From: an uncultured Poribacteria bacterium
GTDB lineage: Bacteria > Poribacteria > WGA-4E > WGA-3G
Length of the DNA: 64,000 nucleotides
NCBI GenBank assembly: GCA_958296135.2
Contig: CATQHZ020000001.1
Span: 3,488,001 to 3,552,000, forward strand
Direction of reading: 5' to 3'
The position numbers and the translations under genes were made by a program. Below, in pieces: positions 29,213 through 38,578 of the stretch (position 1 is its first letter; the number at the start of each line of letters is the position of its first letter). Below the pieces are notes generated by a model. It made no database searches. It was not told where the DNA came from and worked only from the letters and a program-made list of their open reading frames with translations.

Positions 29213-29241
29213 ATTATACCCGAAAGTTCAACGCATGTCAA
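29213..29241 (-). promoter_or_regulatory. Consensus sigma70 promoter of Uma2 copy 2
   Basis: TTGACA-17 nt-TATAAT on the minus strand. Confidence 0.8.
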
Positions 29242-29273
29242 TATTTTTTTCGCTCAAGGCATGGCGAGGAACA

Positions 29274-29428
29274 GTGGACATCTCGGCAGCGAGGCTGCAG
29301 AGAGGACAAAGTTAAAGTCAGGTAGTTTGCTTATGCGAAGCAACAGTCACGTCTATCAAGACAGTCGATCTGCCTTGTCAGATCGACTGTCCTACCGTAA
29401 ACACGTTTTCTGTAGACGTGCCCGTAAC
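29274..29428. mobile_element. Longest (155 bp) copy of the REP-loop-inserted miniature element
   Basis: Ends GTGGACATCT...CGTAAC lie between REP arms. Other copies are at 1473, 3991, 17433 and 17536. Confidence 0.6.
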
Positions 29429-29518
29429 GGCCCTCGCCCTACGGAATGCAGCAGTTAAAAGTGCATCCATCTTGGCGTACGGTTATAGCATTCGCGACCT
29501 AACCCGGAAACAAAGACG

Positions 29519-30976
29519 ATGTGGACACTAATTCAACGCGAAATTTTGACGAACCTGATGACATTCCGCTTTTTTGTGGCAGTAGTTGCCTGCGTGGCAC
29601 TCGTGCTTGCGACTACCGTCGTTTTAACGAACGATTACGCGCGGCGACTCGCGAACTATAACGCCGCTGTCACAAAACACAGCCAACGGAACTTCAGTGC
29701 CAAAACCTATTCCTATCAGTCCCTGTGGCTTGATAGAGCCCCCAATCCGCTGAGCATCTTTAGCCAAGGGCTCGACAAACGCGCCGCGAATACCCTCAAA
29801 CTGGCCCGGGGTAGAGTCCCTCACCTGTGGGAAGATAACTACTTCAGCACCGATTACGACAATCCCTTTCGGCACCTTCTCGCCGAATTGGACATCGTCG
29901 CGATTTTCCAGCTCTTGCTCAGTCTGCTCGCGCTCGTTTTCGCCTATGATGCGATAGCCGGAGAACGTGAGGCGGGCACCTTACGTCTGATGCTCGCAAA
30001 TCCGGTGAGCCGCGGCACCATTCTCTTCTCAAAATATGTCGGCGCGATGGTGTGCCTCCTGCTACCGTTTCTGCTCAGCTTCCTGTTGGCACTGCTCTGC
30101 CAGATGCTCATCGGTGTCATCCAGTGGACGGTAGACGACTACCTCCGCATCGGCGGCATCTTTGCCACCTCCCTCGTCTATGTCTCAACCTTCTACCTCA
30201 TCGGATTGCTCATCTCAAGTGCGACGCGCCACGCAGCGACATCGCTCATCTTATCGGTTTTCGTCTGGATAGTCTTTACGCTCATTTATCCGAACGTGAG
30301 CCTCTTCATGGTGAACCGCCTCATCAAGACAGAAGAAAAGGTAGAACAAGCGAATCGTAAAATCGAACAACTTTGGGAACACTTCCATCGGGAGAGAAAG
30401 AAACAGCACAACCCGCTTGAAGGACGAAATCCGCTTGTGCACAGTAGCGGGTGGCATGGAACTGACGCAGGCAAAAACTGCACCTATATCGCCCCAGAAT
30501 TTGAGCCGCAGATCCCTGCTGTTAAGGCATATTACCAATCTGTGGTGACACGCCGCATCCAGACAGCAGAAAAAACTTGGCGCGAGAGAAAGCAGGTGCT
30601 TGCCGATACCTACATCCGTAAATCCAACATAGCACGAAATGCACTGCGATTCTCACCCGCGGGATTGTATCAGTTGACAACGGAGGCATGGGCAGGCACC
30701 GGACTCCGCGGCGTAGAGGATTTTTTTACACACATGCGTCACTATCGGCAAACGGTGCTGAACTATTTCGATGACAAAAAGGCGTTCAGTTCACGGCAGT
30801 GGTTCGCGAGCGACCGGGGAGAAGTGCGTTGGGACGACATGCCGCGATGTTCCTATCGCCGGCCGAGGGCTGTGGAAAATGCCACCCAGGCCTTGCCAGA
30901 TTTGCTCCTGCTTGTGGTTCTCAATCCGCTGCTGTTTTTGGCAACGTTCCTGATTTTCATCAAGAAGGAGATGTGA
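29519..30976 (+). CDS. ABC-2 type transporter permease
   Basis: 'AYDAIAGEREAGTLRLMLANPVSR--ILFSK' and multiple TM helices. Confidence 0.88.
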   Translation: MWTLIQREILTNLMTFRFFVAVVACVALVLATTVVLTNDYARRLANYNAAVTKHSQRNFSAKTYSYQSLWLDRAPNPLSIFSQGLDKRAANTLKLARGRVPHLWEDNYFSTDYDNPFRHLLAELDIVAIFQLLLSLLALVFAYDAIAGEREAGTLRLMLANPVSRGTILFSKYVGAMVCLLLPFLLSFLLALLCQMLIGVIQWTVDDYLRIGGIFATSLVYVSTFYLIGLLISSATRHAATSLILSVFVWIVFTLIYPNVSLFMVNRLIKTEEKVEQANRKIEQLWEHFHRERKKQHNPLEGRNPLVHSSGWHGTDAGKNCTYIAPEFEPQIPAVKAYYQSVVTRRIQTAEKTWRERKQVLADTYIRKSNIARNALRFSPAGLYQLTTEAWAGTGLRGVEDFFTHMRHYRQTVLNYFDDKKAFSSRQWFASDRGEVRWDDMPRCSYRRPRAVENATQALPDLLLLVVLNPLLFLATFLIFIKKEM

Positions 30977-30977
30977 G

Positions 30978-32426
30978 ATGACATGGCACCTCATTAAACG
31001 TGAACTTTTTGAACAACTCAGCAGCCTCCGGTTCTGCCTTGCAACTCTCCTCACCGTCGGCCTGATGGTTGTCAACGCCATCGGGTATATTGACGCGCAT
31101 CGGACGCAACAGACCGATTACCGGCAGAAGACTACCGCCGCGTTGCAAGAGATGGAAAGACGGTGCGATACGCTTTACAATCTCGTCATCTCCGGGCCAG
31201 GGCAGCTTTACAAAAAGCCATCAAACCTCTCTTTTTGCGCGGCCGGCAGCGAAGATAAACTGCCGGATGCCGCAGCCGGTAGAGGCGCAGGCTGGGGAAT
31301 GGGACCGAAGATAAACGGAGTTGTCTACTCAACATCCGGGTTATGGCGGATGGACTACAACATCCAACCGCCGCTCACGGGTAAAGACATCTTTCCAACC
31401 TTCCTGAAAATCGACTGGGTGCTTATCCTCACCGTCGTCTTCAGCTGCCTCGCGCTTGTCTTCACCTTCGATGCCATTTCCGGCGAGATTGAGAGCGGCA
31501 CGCTGCGATTGACGTTGTCCAACGCCGTGCCGAGAAGGACACTGCTAACGGCGAAGTTTCTCAGCGCGTTCGTGAGCCTCAGTCTCTTATTTTTTATCGG
31601 CGCGTTGATGAACCTGTTGTTACTTTATCTCTCCGGCACACTTCAACTCACCACCGAGGAATGTAGCCGAATCGCGGGAATTTTCGTCGTCGTGCCCATC
31701 TATCTCTCGGTTTTTATCGCGCTCGGTTTGCTGGTGTCTTCCCGTGCTAACAGTGCCGCCCCGAGTCTCGTCATCTTGCTCCTTTTATGGACAATCTGGG
31801 TTATCTTAATTCCCGCCGCACTCGGAAACATTGTGAGTGGGCTTAATCCTGCCCAAAGCCGCCGAGATTCTTCGCGCCGGCACATCGTAAAGAATCAAAC
31901 CAGGGAACGTTACCTCGCACGCGGCCTGCTAGCGGCGGCACCGAGTCGCACGCATCCACCGACATCCGCCACACAACTCTGGGCAGAATTCCTGAACGAA
32001 GACAGGCACGCCGCTGAACGCTCCAATCGTGAACTGCTCCAAACGCAAATTCGTGAAATTCAGCGTGCACAAAACGTCAACCGCATTTCTCCCACAGCGA
32101 TTGCGCAGTCTGCACTAGAAGCACTCGCCGGGACAGGATTCCAGCGGCACCTCCAATTCCTGAAAAATGTGGATAACTATGGGAAACAATTCAACGATTT
32201 TCTCCTTGACACCGACCGGGCTGATCTGGACAGTTTGCACGTGCCTTTCGTCAGGGAGGGAATGTCCGACAAACCTGTTACCTTTGCAAGCATCCCCAAA
32301 TTTGAGGACAAGACACGGTTAGAGGATGCATTCTCAGTGGCGATGCAGGAAGGGATGCTGTTGTTGCTCTTTTTTTTAGTGCTGTTCGTGGCGGCGCATG
32401 TTTCGTTTCAGAATCGGGATATATGA
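30978..32426 (+). CDS. ABC-2 type transporter permease (paralog)
   Basis: 'FDAISGEIESGTLRLTLSNAVPR--LLTAK'; begins 1 nt after the previous stop codon. Confidence 0.88.
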   Translation: MTWHLIKRELFEQLSSLRFCLATLLTVGLMVVNAIGYIDAHRTQQTDYRQKTTAALQEMERRCDTLYNLVISGPGQLYKKPSNLSFCAAGSEDKLPDAAAGRGAGWGMGPKINGVVYSTSGLWRMDYNIQPPLTGKDIFPTFLKIDWVLILTVVFSCLALVFTFDAISGEIESGTLRLTLSNAVPRRTLLTAKFLSAFVSLSLLFFIGALMNLLLLYLSGTLQLTTEECSRIAGIFVVVPIYLSVFIALGLLVSSRANSAAPSLVILLLLWTIWVILIPAALGNIVSGLNPAQSRRDSSRRHIVKNQTRERYLARGLLAAAPSRTHPPTSATQLWAEFLNEDRHAAERSNRELLQTQIREIQRAQNVNRISPTAIAQSALEALAGTGFQRHLQFLKNVDNYGKQFNDFLLDTDRADLDSLHVPFVREGMSDKPVTFASIPKFEDKTRLEDAFSVAMQEGMLLLLFFLVLFVAAHVSFQNRDI

Positions 32427-32440
32427 ACCCTTATTTCGTA

Positions 32441-33991
32441 TTACTCGCGCCACCGCAATAAAATTTCCACCAACCGTTCCACGAGCGGCTGGATGTCACT
32501 CGCTTTTCGGGCCGCCTCTAGCCGGGCGACGAGACGGCAAACGTCTGGGACATCTCGACTCAGATGCTGGGACAGACTCCGAAACTTCGCCTTTGCAATC
32601 TCTGCAGGTTTATCCGTGGCGGCGGCGTAGATAGCATCCAATTGGTTCATTAAGTCAAGCAAATCCCCTTTGTTGATGCCAAGTTGCGAGACATCAGATG
32701 CCGAAATATCCTGCAGTCTCTCCCACACCCACCCTTCCGGCGCGCCACCACTGGGGAGGAATAACACAGGAACGGCGCGCCTTGCCGAGCCCTGGATTTT
32801 TTCCTCAATTCCGCTATGACGCTGGTCTCCATCAAGAACAAAGACTGTGTTTTGAATCTGTCCGAATTTTCGGAGTGCCTCTGCATGCATTGGAAACGCG
32901 CTCGCCCCGGTGTCGCGTCCGACGTGAATCGACTCCCGTCGCATCCCCGCTTTAGGTATGAGAAAATCAAGCACACCTTGCAGAATGCCTTCTGCTGCCT
33001 CATCCTCACAAAGCAGGTTCAGTGCCTCCATCGCGCGCCCATAGAGCGCATTCTGAATGATGTCGCGATAAGGTTCGCGCACAACAACTTGGCCCAATGA
33101 CTCATCCCTGTCCAGAAAAACCCGGCCGTGGCGCGGCACCGAGTCTAGGACGACCGGACTATGCGTCGTAACAATAATCTGAAGGCTGTTACGCAGTGCC
33201 AGTTGCTGTAACTGCAACATGAGCAGTTGCTGCACCCAAGGATGGAGCCCGGCCTCCACTTCATCAATCAGCACCAGCGCGTTTTTAAGTTGCGCAATCT
33301 CTTGCGACAACCGCAGCAAGGCACGTTCGCCTGCCGCCATGTGCAACTCGGAATACTTCGCACCGCCTTCCTGGGTTGCAAAGAGAAGGTTTTTGTTGCC
33401 GCTTGACAATTTGATAACCTCCGCATATCGGAACGGTAGCATCTGATGGGCGAACTCAATCTGTGATGCCGTTAAGGGGTTCTCTTCCGGTGCAGCGCTT
33501 AGCCGCGACATGTTGAGCACACCACGTACCTCCGCGGGGTTACTGATATTGCTGAGGGTCCGGAGATACACCTGCCGCTCGGGCTGACTCGCGTTTTCGC
33601 GCCTGAAAAAGCTGCGACTCCACCCCTTGGAACGGCGCCATTGCATGGAACCCTGCCCACCGGCGTTCAGGTAATAGAAAACTATAGTAATCTCTTGCCG
33701 CATATCCTCGCGCTCACCGTGTTTCGGACGATAATCAGGAAATAACCGAGACGGCACGAAATCCTTAACGCCGGCACCTGGTCCCTTGTAGGCGCACGCC
33801 GCGGCGAAAAGCACCGTGGACTTCCCCGTCGCATTGCCGCCAGCGATAACGCTCACCGGGTAATCAAACGTCACCTGTAAATTATGGAACCCCCGAATCC
33901 CATCCAGGTGAATCTCCGACAGAAAGTGCGCTAAATGCGGTTTCTTGCCTTGCAACTGTTCCCAGAGCTCTAGTAAGCGTCTCTCAAGCAT
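32441..33991 (-). CDS. ABC/AAA_21-type ATPase fused to a TOPRIM domain (OLD-like ATP-dependent nuclease)
   Basis: Walker A GGNATGKS, signature MAAGE, Walker B LIDEVEAGLHP, H-loop TTHS, and TOPRIM 'CEDE' and 'LDGD'. Confidence 0.8.
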   Translation of the reverse strand: MLERRLLELWEQLQGKKPHLAHFLSEIHLDGIRGFHNLQVTFDYPVSVIAGGNATGKSTVLFAAACAYKGPGAGVKDFVPSRLFPDYRPKHGEREDMRQEITIVFYYLNAGGQGSMQWRRSKGWSRSFFRRENASQPERQVYLRTLSNISNPAEVRGVLNMSRLSAAPEENPLTASQIEFAHQMLPFRYAEVIKLSSGNKNLLFATQEGGAKYSELHMAAGERALLRLSQEIAQLKNALVLIDEVEAGLHPWVQQLLMLQLQQLALRNSLQIIVTTHSPVVLDSVPRHGRVFLDRDESLGQVVVREPYRDIIQNALYGRAMEALNLLCEDEAAEGILQGVLDFLIPKAGMRRESIHVGRDTGASAFPMHAEALRKFGQIQNTVFVLDGDQRHSGIEEKIQGSARRAVPVLFLPSGGAPEGWVWERLQDISASDVSQLGINKGDLLDLMNQLDAIYAAATDKPAEIAKAKFRSLSQHLSRDVPDVCRLVARLEAARKASDIQPLVERLVEILLRWRE

Positions 33992-34227
33992 AAATGACAA
34001 CCTCTTTCCTGCCAAAAACTGAATCGTCCCGATATTTTATCATGATCGCTTGTATTAATCAAGCGCGTTATGGCTGCCAACCAGAGGCATGCAGTTGGCC
34101 CAACATCTGTCGGTGGAGCTCGCCCCATCGCAAACGGGGCCGGATCGGGCGAATCCCAACCCATAAGGCGGGGGCCATCGTGGATTTTTACGGGTGACAT
34201 CAACAACGGAAAACTAAATCGTTTGAT

Positions 34228-34320
34228 TAGGAGAAACCTCCCGGTCTCAATAGAGTGCAGTAGGAGAGACATCCCGGTCTCAATAGAGTGCAGTAGGAGA
34301 GACATCCCGCGTCTCGATGC
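34228..34320 (+). repeat. Three tandem ~33-bp second-class REP units
   Basis: TAGGAGA(A/G)AC(C/A)TCCCGGTCTCAATAGAGTGCAG twice, plus a third variant unit. Confidence 0.75.
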
Positions 34321-34496
34321 CCCGTAGATGAAAGGGAAAGGCAAGGATTATCCTTATTGGCGATGCAAATTCAAGCTGGACCTCCCGGTCCCGATGTGTT
34401 TTTTTGGTGTGCCTGCATAGATAGGGATTAAAAATAAAACCCGGGGCGTGATGGCTGGTAGGCATTTTGCCGAAGACCCTCACGCCCCTTTTTCTT

Positions 34497-35846
34497 TTAT
34501 TCCGCCAACCGCCGAAGCACATTATGTGTTATCCTTTCAACGACAGCATCCCCACCTGCCAAGCCGTGAGCCCAGTCTGTCGTCGCCGCAGTGAAGACAG
34601 TGCCGCCTTTGGTATAGACACCCATCGTCGCAGCACCCGTGCGCCCCTTTTCCCACCGCTCATACCATTCACAATCATCTGGATGCCAGCGGACCGGGGC
34701 AGTCGCAACGATAGTAAACCCCCCCGGGGTGCCATCGCGATAAGTAGGCACCGGGAGGCCGTCTGCATCTGTTAACTCGCACCCATCGCACTCATAGCCG
34801 ACAATCGTGTCATCCCCGCCGAACGTGTCGTCCCGCGACAGGTTTGTCCCTTCAAATACCCAGTGCTCGGGCCGATGCACCGTGTATGCCGCCGGGCCAT
34901 CCATGAATTGCCCATGGCTACGGTGATAGCCGCCGTAGAGAAACCCAACCCCTGTCAACTCGTTTTCCGGCCTGCCAACGAGGTGGTGACTCCACAACGT
35001 GCTGAGCGTGCTGTAATCACCGGTTTTGTAAACCGGATCTTGGTGGAAGTTCTGTTTCCAGCAGACCAGGGCGCGACCGGCATCTTCAGAACGCACCTGC
35101 CAACAGACTGAATTGCCGCTAAAAAACGCCGCGTTTCCGCCGTTGGCAATAAACGTCTCCAGATTATCGCGCATCGGCGCAGACCAGTATTCATCATGCC
35201 CAACGCTCAACACCAACCGATAGTTCTCCAAAAGTTCTGGACAGAATTCCAAATCAGAATTCGCGGCGTAATCCAGCGCGTAGCCGTTTTGCTCTGCCCA
35301 AACAATAAAAGGCAACTCCCACTGCTTGAAGATGCCGACGGTGGGTCTGTCAAAAGAGACGCGATTGCCCTGCAACTGGCTTTGTCCGTGAAATCCATAC
35401 AAACTGAAGCCGCCCCAGTTGTTATACGCGTTATAGGTATTCGTAGAGAGTTGGAGTAAGATAGGGGTGTTCGCCGCTGGCATCGCCGGACGCACAATAA
35501 AAAAGAGGGTGCTTTCGGCGATGCGGCGATTTCTATAGACGTAAGTGCCGCCGCTATCCATCGCGCGGAGTGTGCCTTCATAATAGCCGCTCTGCCACGT
35601 CTCTGGCACAGCAAGCGTGAAGGATGTCGGCCAGCCGCATCCGTGCGATGAGGCTGTTTCGGGGATAGGATGCGCCGCACCGGGGAGTTCAGCTTGACTG
35701 AAAACGACTTCGCGCGTCGCCCCGACGCGCGCAATCTCAAGCGAATAGTGCGCCGCACTCGTGGAAATACGGAACTCGATCTCCTCACCGGGCGCGTAAC
35801 TGAGCTGTTGCGGGTATCCATCAATATAGAGCGGTCTGATTTCCAT
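34497..35846 (-). CDS. N,N-dimethylformamidase beta-subunit family protein
   Basis: 'NTYNAYNNWGG-SLY', 'SFDRP', 'SVGHDEYWS' and 'VGYECD'. Confidence 0.85.
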   Translation of the reverse strand: MEIRPLYIDGYPQQLSYAPGEEIEFRISTSAAHYSLEIARVGATREVVFSQAELPGAAHPIPETASSHGCGWPTSFTLAVPETWQSGYYEGTLRAMDSGGTYVYRNRRIAESTLFFIVRPAMPAANTPILLQLSTNTYNAYNNWGGFSLYGFHGQSQLQGNRVSFDRPTVGIFKQWELPFIVWAEQNGYALDYAANSDLEFCPELLENYRLVLSVGHDEYWSAPMRDNLETFIANGGNAAFFSGNSVCWQVRSEDAGRALVCWKQNFHQDPVYKTGDYSTLSTLWSHHLVGRPENELTGVGFLYGGYHRSHGQFMDGPAAYTVHRPEHWVFEGTNLSRDDTFGGDDTIVGYECDGCELTDADGLPVPTYRDGTPGGFTIVATAPVRWHPDDCEWYERWEKGRTGAATMGVYTKGGTVFTAATTDWAHGLAGGDAVVERITHNVLRRLAE

Positions 35847-36127
35847 GGGTATCCTCTCTATAAACATTGCAGTTGGGCTCAGGCTAACCCAACCTATACG
35901 GGGTTTAAAAGTAGGGTATCTTTTTTACTTTGAGATTAGCATATCATTTTGCCGATAGAATGTCAAGTGAGAGAAATTTCTTGCATTTTTCTGCAAAATC
36001 AGGGATAATAATAAAAACAGATTTTTCGTCTTTCGTTCCGCCCTTATTTCCCCTGTGACGGATGACGCGAGAAGACATGATTGAACCCAGCACCCTAATC
36101 GAACGCTTTGCGCCAGGACGAAGAAAC

Positions 36128-37141
36128 ATGAAACGTGTACCTTTCCAAACGCTGTCTGACCAGCTTTACCGTGTGCTTGCCAGCGTCGGATTTGCCGATG
36201 AGCGTGCGCTGTTATGCGCACGGCTGTTCGCCGAGAATCAACGCGACGGCGTTTACTCGCACGGCCTCAACCGATTCCCAGGATTCGTTGAAGGACTCCG
36301 TAACAAAAAAATCGATTTTCACGCGATGCCCGAGAAAACCGAGAGCTTCGGCGCGCTCGAACGATGGAACGGCAAAATGGGAGTCGGGCTCGTCAACGCG
36401 CAATGCTGTATGCAACGCGCGATGGCACTCGCCGAAGCACACGGTATCGGCTGCGTTGGCCTCTCTAATACGAACCACTGGATGCGCGGGGGCACCTACG
36501 CGTTACAGGCAGCCGAAGCAGGTTACATCGGCATCTGCTGGACGAATACCACCACGCTGATGCCACCGTGGGGCTCCACAGAAAAGAAAATCGGGAATAA
36601 TCCGATGGCACTCGCCGTGCCGCGCACCGAAGGACATATTCTGTTAGATATGGCGATGAGCCAGTATTCAAACGGAAAGTTGGAGGTACTGAAACTGCAA
36701 GGCAAACAACTTCCGCTACCCGGTGGATACGATTCCGATGGAAACCTTACGCTGGAACCCGGCGAGATTCTCGATTCGGAAAGACCACTACCAGTCGGCT
36801 ATTGGAAGGGCTCCGGGCTAGCGTTGGTGCTAGATGCAATGGCAGCCATCATTTCGGGTGGGCAGTCAACGCACAACATCGCGCAGCAAGATTCAGAATA
36901 CGCAGTCTCCCAAGTCTACATCGCCATTGATGCCACGAGACTGATGGGACAGGCGGCGTTAGATGAAATGGTAGCGGCAATCCTCGCGGATTTCCACACG
37001 GCTAAGCCTTTAGATGAAAACGAAGGCGTGCGGTATCCGGGCGAGGGAATGTTGCGGACACGACGCGAGAGTCTAGAAAAAGGTGTCAGCGTGGACGAAA
37101 AGCAGTGGCAGGCGTTGTTGGAAATGCACACAATGCCATAA
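36128..37141 (+). CDS. yiaK: 3-dehydro-L-gulonate 2-dehydrogenase (YiaK/DlgD, Ldh_2 family)
   Basis: 'DGVYSHGLNRFP', 'NTNHWMRGG-Y', 'CWTNT', 'LDMAMSQYS' and 'GYWKGSGL'. Confidence 0.88.
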   Translation: MKRVPFQTLSDQLYRVLASVGFADERALLCARLFAENQRDGVYSHGLNRFPGFVEGLRNKKIDFHAMPEKTESFGALERWNGKMGVGLVNAQCCMQRAMALAEAHGIGCVGLSNTNHWMRGGTYALQAAEAGYIGICWTNTTTLMPPWGSTEKKIGNNPMALAVPRTEGHILLDMAMSQYSNGKLEVLKLQGKQLPLPGGYDSDGNLTLEPGEILDSERPLPVGYWKGSGLALVLDAMAAIISGGQSTHNIAQQDSEYAVSQVYIAIDATRLMGQAALDEMVAAILADFHTAKPLDENEGVRYPGEGMLRTRRESLEKGVSVDEKQWQALLEMHTMP

Positions 37142-37165
37142 TTCTGCAGGACGAGGATTAAACCG

Positions 37166-37353
37166 ATGGAAACTCAACGGATACAATCACACCCGTCAAT
37201 CATGATGGGAAAACCCGTTATCGCAGGAACACGCATTCCTGTTGAATTAATTTTAGAGAAATCCGCAGCAGGGGAGACTATGAGGCACATCCCCGTTTGA
37301 CTGAAGAAGGTATCCTCGCGGCTTTTCGTTTTGCGGCGCAAGCAACCGCATAG
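37166..37353 (+). pseudogene. Frameshifted DUF433 family (antitoxin-like HTH) gene
   Basis: METQRIQSHPSIMMGKPVIAGTRIPVELILEKSAAGET, then EAHPRLTEEGILAAFRFAAQA in another frame. Confidence 0.8.
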
Positions 37354-37427
37354 TTTTTGCATTTCTCGCTTGCAGACTTTTTGAATAAGCGTATAATAGC
37401 ATCAGACACAAACCAGACCGGAGAAAA

Positions 37428-38558
37428 ATGATGACACTACGTGCAGGCATCGTCGGATGTGGTGGGATTAGCCGGAGCCACGCCGCCGCTTATGCAAACC
37501 TGGAAGATGTCCACTTCGTCGCACTGTGCGACATCAATCGCGAAGCACTCAATACCCGAGCCGATGAATACGATGTAGCAAACCGATACCTCAACTACGA
37601 GGAAATGTTCGCCCGCGAGGATTTGGATATCGTGAGCGTCTGCACGCACGCGCCACTGCACGCACCGATTGCCATCGCCGCAGCAAACGCCGGGATTCAC
37701 GTCCTATCCGAAAAGCCGTTGTCCATCGATTTAGAAACCGCCGATCGGATGCTCGCGGCGTGTGAAAACGCAGCAGTGCATCTGGCAGTCAGCCACCAGT
37801 TTCGGTTTACGCCGCTGTTCCGCCATGCGAAGGAGTGGATTGACGAGGGACGCATCGGTGAACTTCGTTCCATCCGAGAGGTGGGCAAAGGACGCGAGGC
37901 AGGATTTGAACTGATGGAGATGGGTGTCCACTACTTTGACGAGATGGCCTTCTTCCTAGAGGGCATCGCGTGGATTCAGGCGCATATCACCTATCAGGAA
38001 CGCGATGTCACGGAAGCAGACATTATGCACAGCAGTGAACTCTGCAAAACCGACCGGCGTGACAACGGTATCGTCGCGGGCGATACGATGCTGGTGCATA
38101 TCGGCGGCGCGCAAGGAAGCTACGGCATTATCGAACTCTACCGCCGCCACCGCACACAGAATTGGATGATGGGCCCGCATATTCTCGGCTCGGAGGGGCA
38201 ACTTATAATTAAGCCGCACCCCCAAACCGGCATCGATGAAATGTGGCACTGCCCCTCTGATGTCTCGTTTGCAGCGCATACACCGGCATGGAAGCGGGTA
38301 GAACTTGCCCCAGAAGCCTTCCGCATCTCCGGGAAAGCGTGGCCGCTGCGGCACACTATCTGGAGCGCGAAAAATATGCGCGACGCAATTCTCAACGGAA
38401 CTGAGCCCGAACTCGGCGGACGCAACGCACTCACGTCGCTTGAGTGCGTCAGCGCAACCTACGTCTCCCATTTCAGTGGACAAAAGGTGAAACTGCCGTT
38501 GGAGGAACGGAGTCACCCACTCATGGCTATCGCCAGCAAAAGGACGACAGCATCCTGA
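37428..38558 (+). CDS. Gfo/Idh/MocA family oxidoreductase
   Basis: 'GIVGCGGI' and 'GIHVLSEKP'. Confidence 0.9.
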   Translation: MMTLRAGIVGCGGISRSHAAAYANLEDVHFVALCDINREALNTRADEYDVANRYLNYEEMFAREDLDIVSVCTHAPLHAPIAIAAANAGIHVLSEKPLSIDLETADRMLAACENAAVHLAVSHQFRFTPLFRHAKEWIDEGRIGELRSIREVGKGREAGFELMEMGVHYFDEMAFFLEGIAWIQAHITYQERDVTEADIMHSSELCKTDRRDNGIVAGDTMLVHIGGAQGSYGIIELYRRHRTQNWMMGPHILGSEGQLIIKPHPQTGIDEMWHCPSDVSFAAHTPAWKRVELAPEAFRISGKAWPLRHTIWSAKNMRDAILNGTEPELGGRNALTSLECVSATYVSHFSGQKVKLPLEERSHPLMAIASKRTTAS

Positions 38559-38578
38559 ATATCTATAGGAGGACATGC

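Noticed and set aside
34228-34320. Mini-CRISPR next to a nuclease gene
   Set aside because: The 33-bp units are head-to-tail with identical intervening sequence and match the class B REP found elsewhere in the window.
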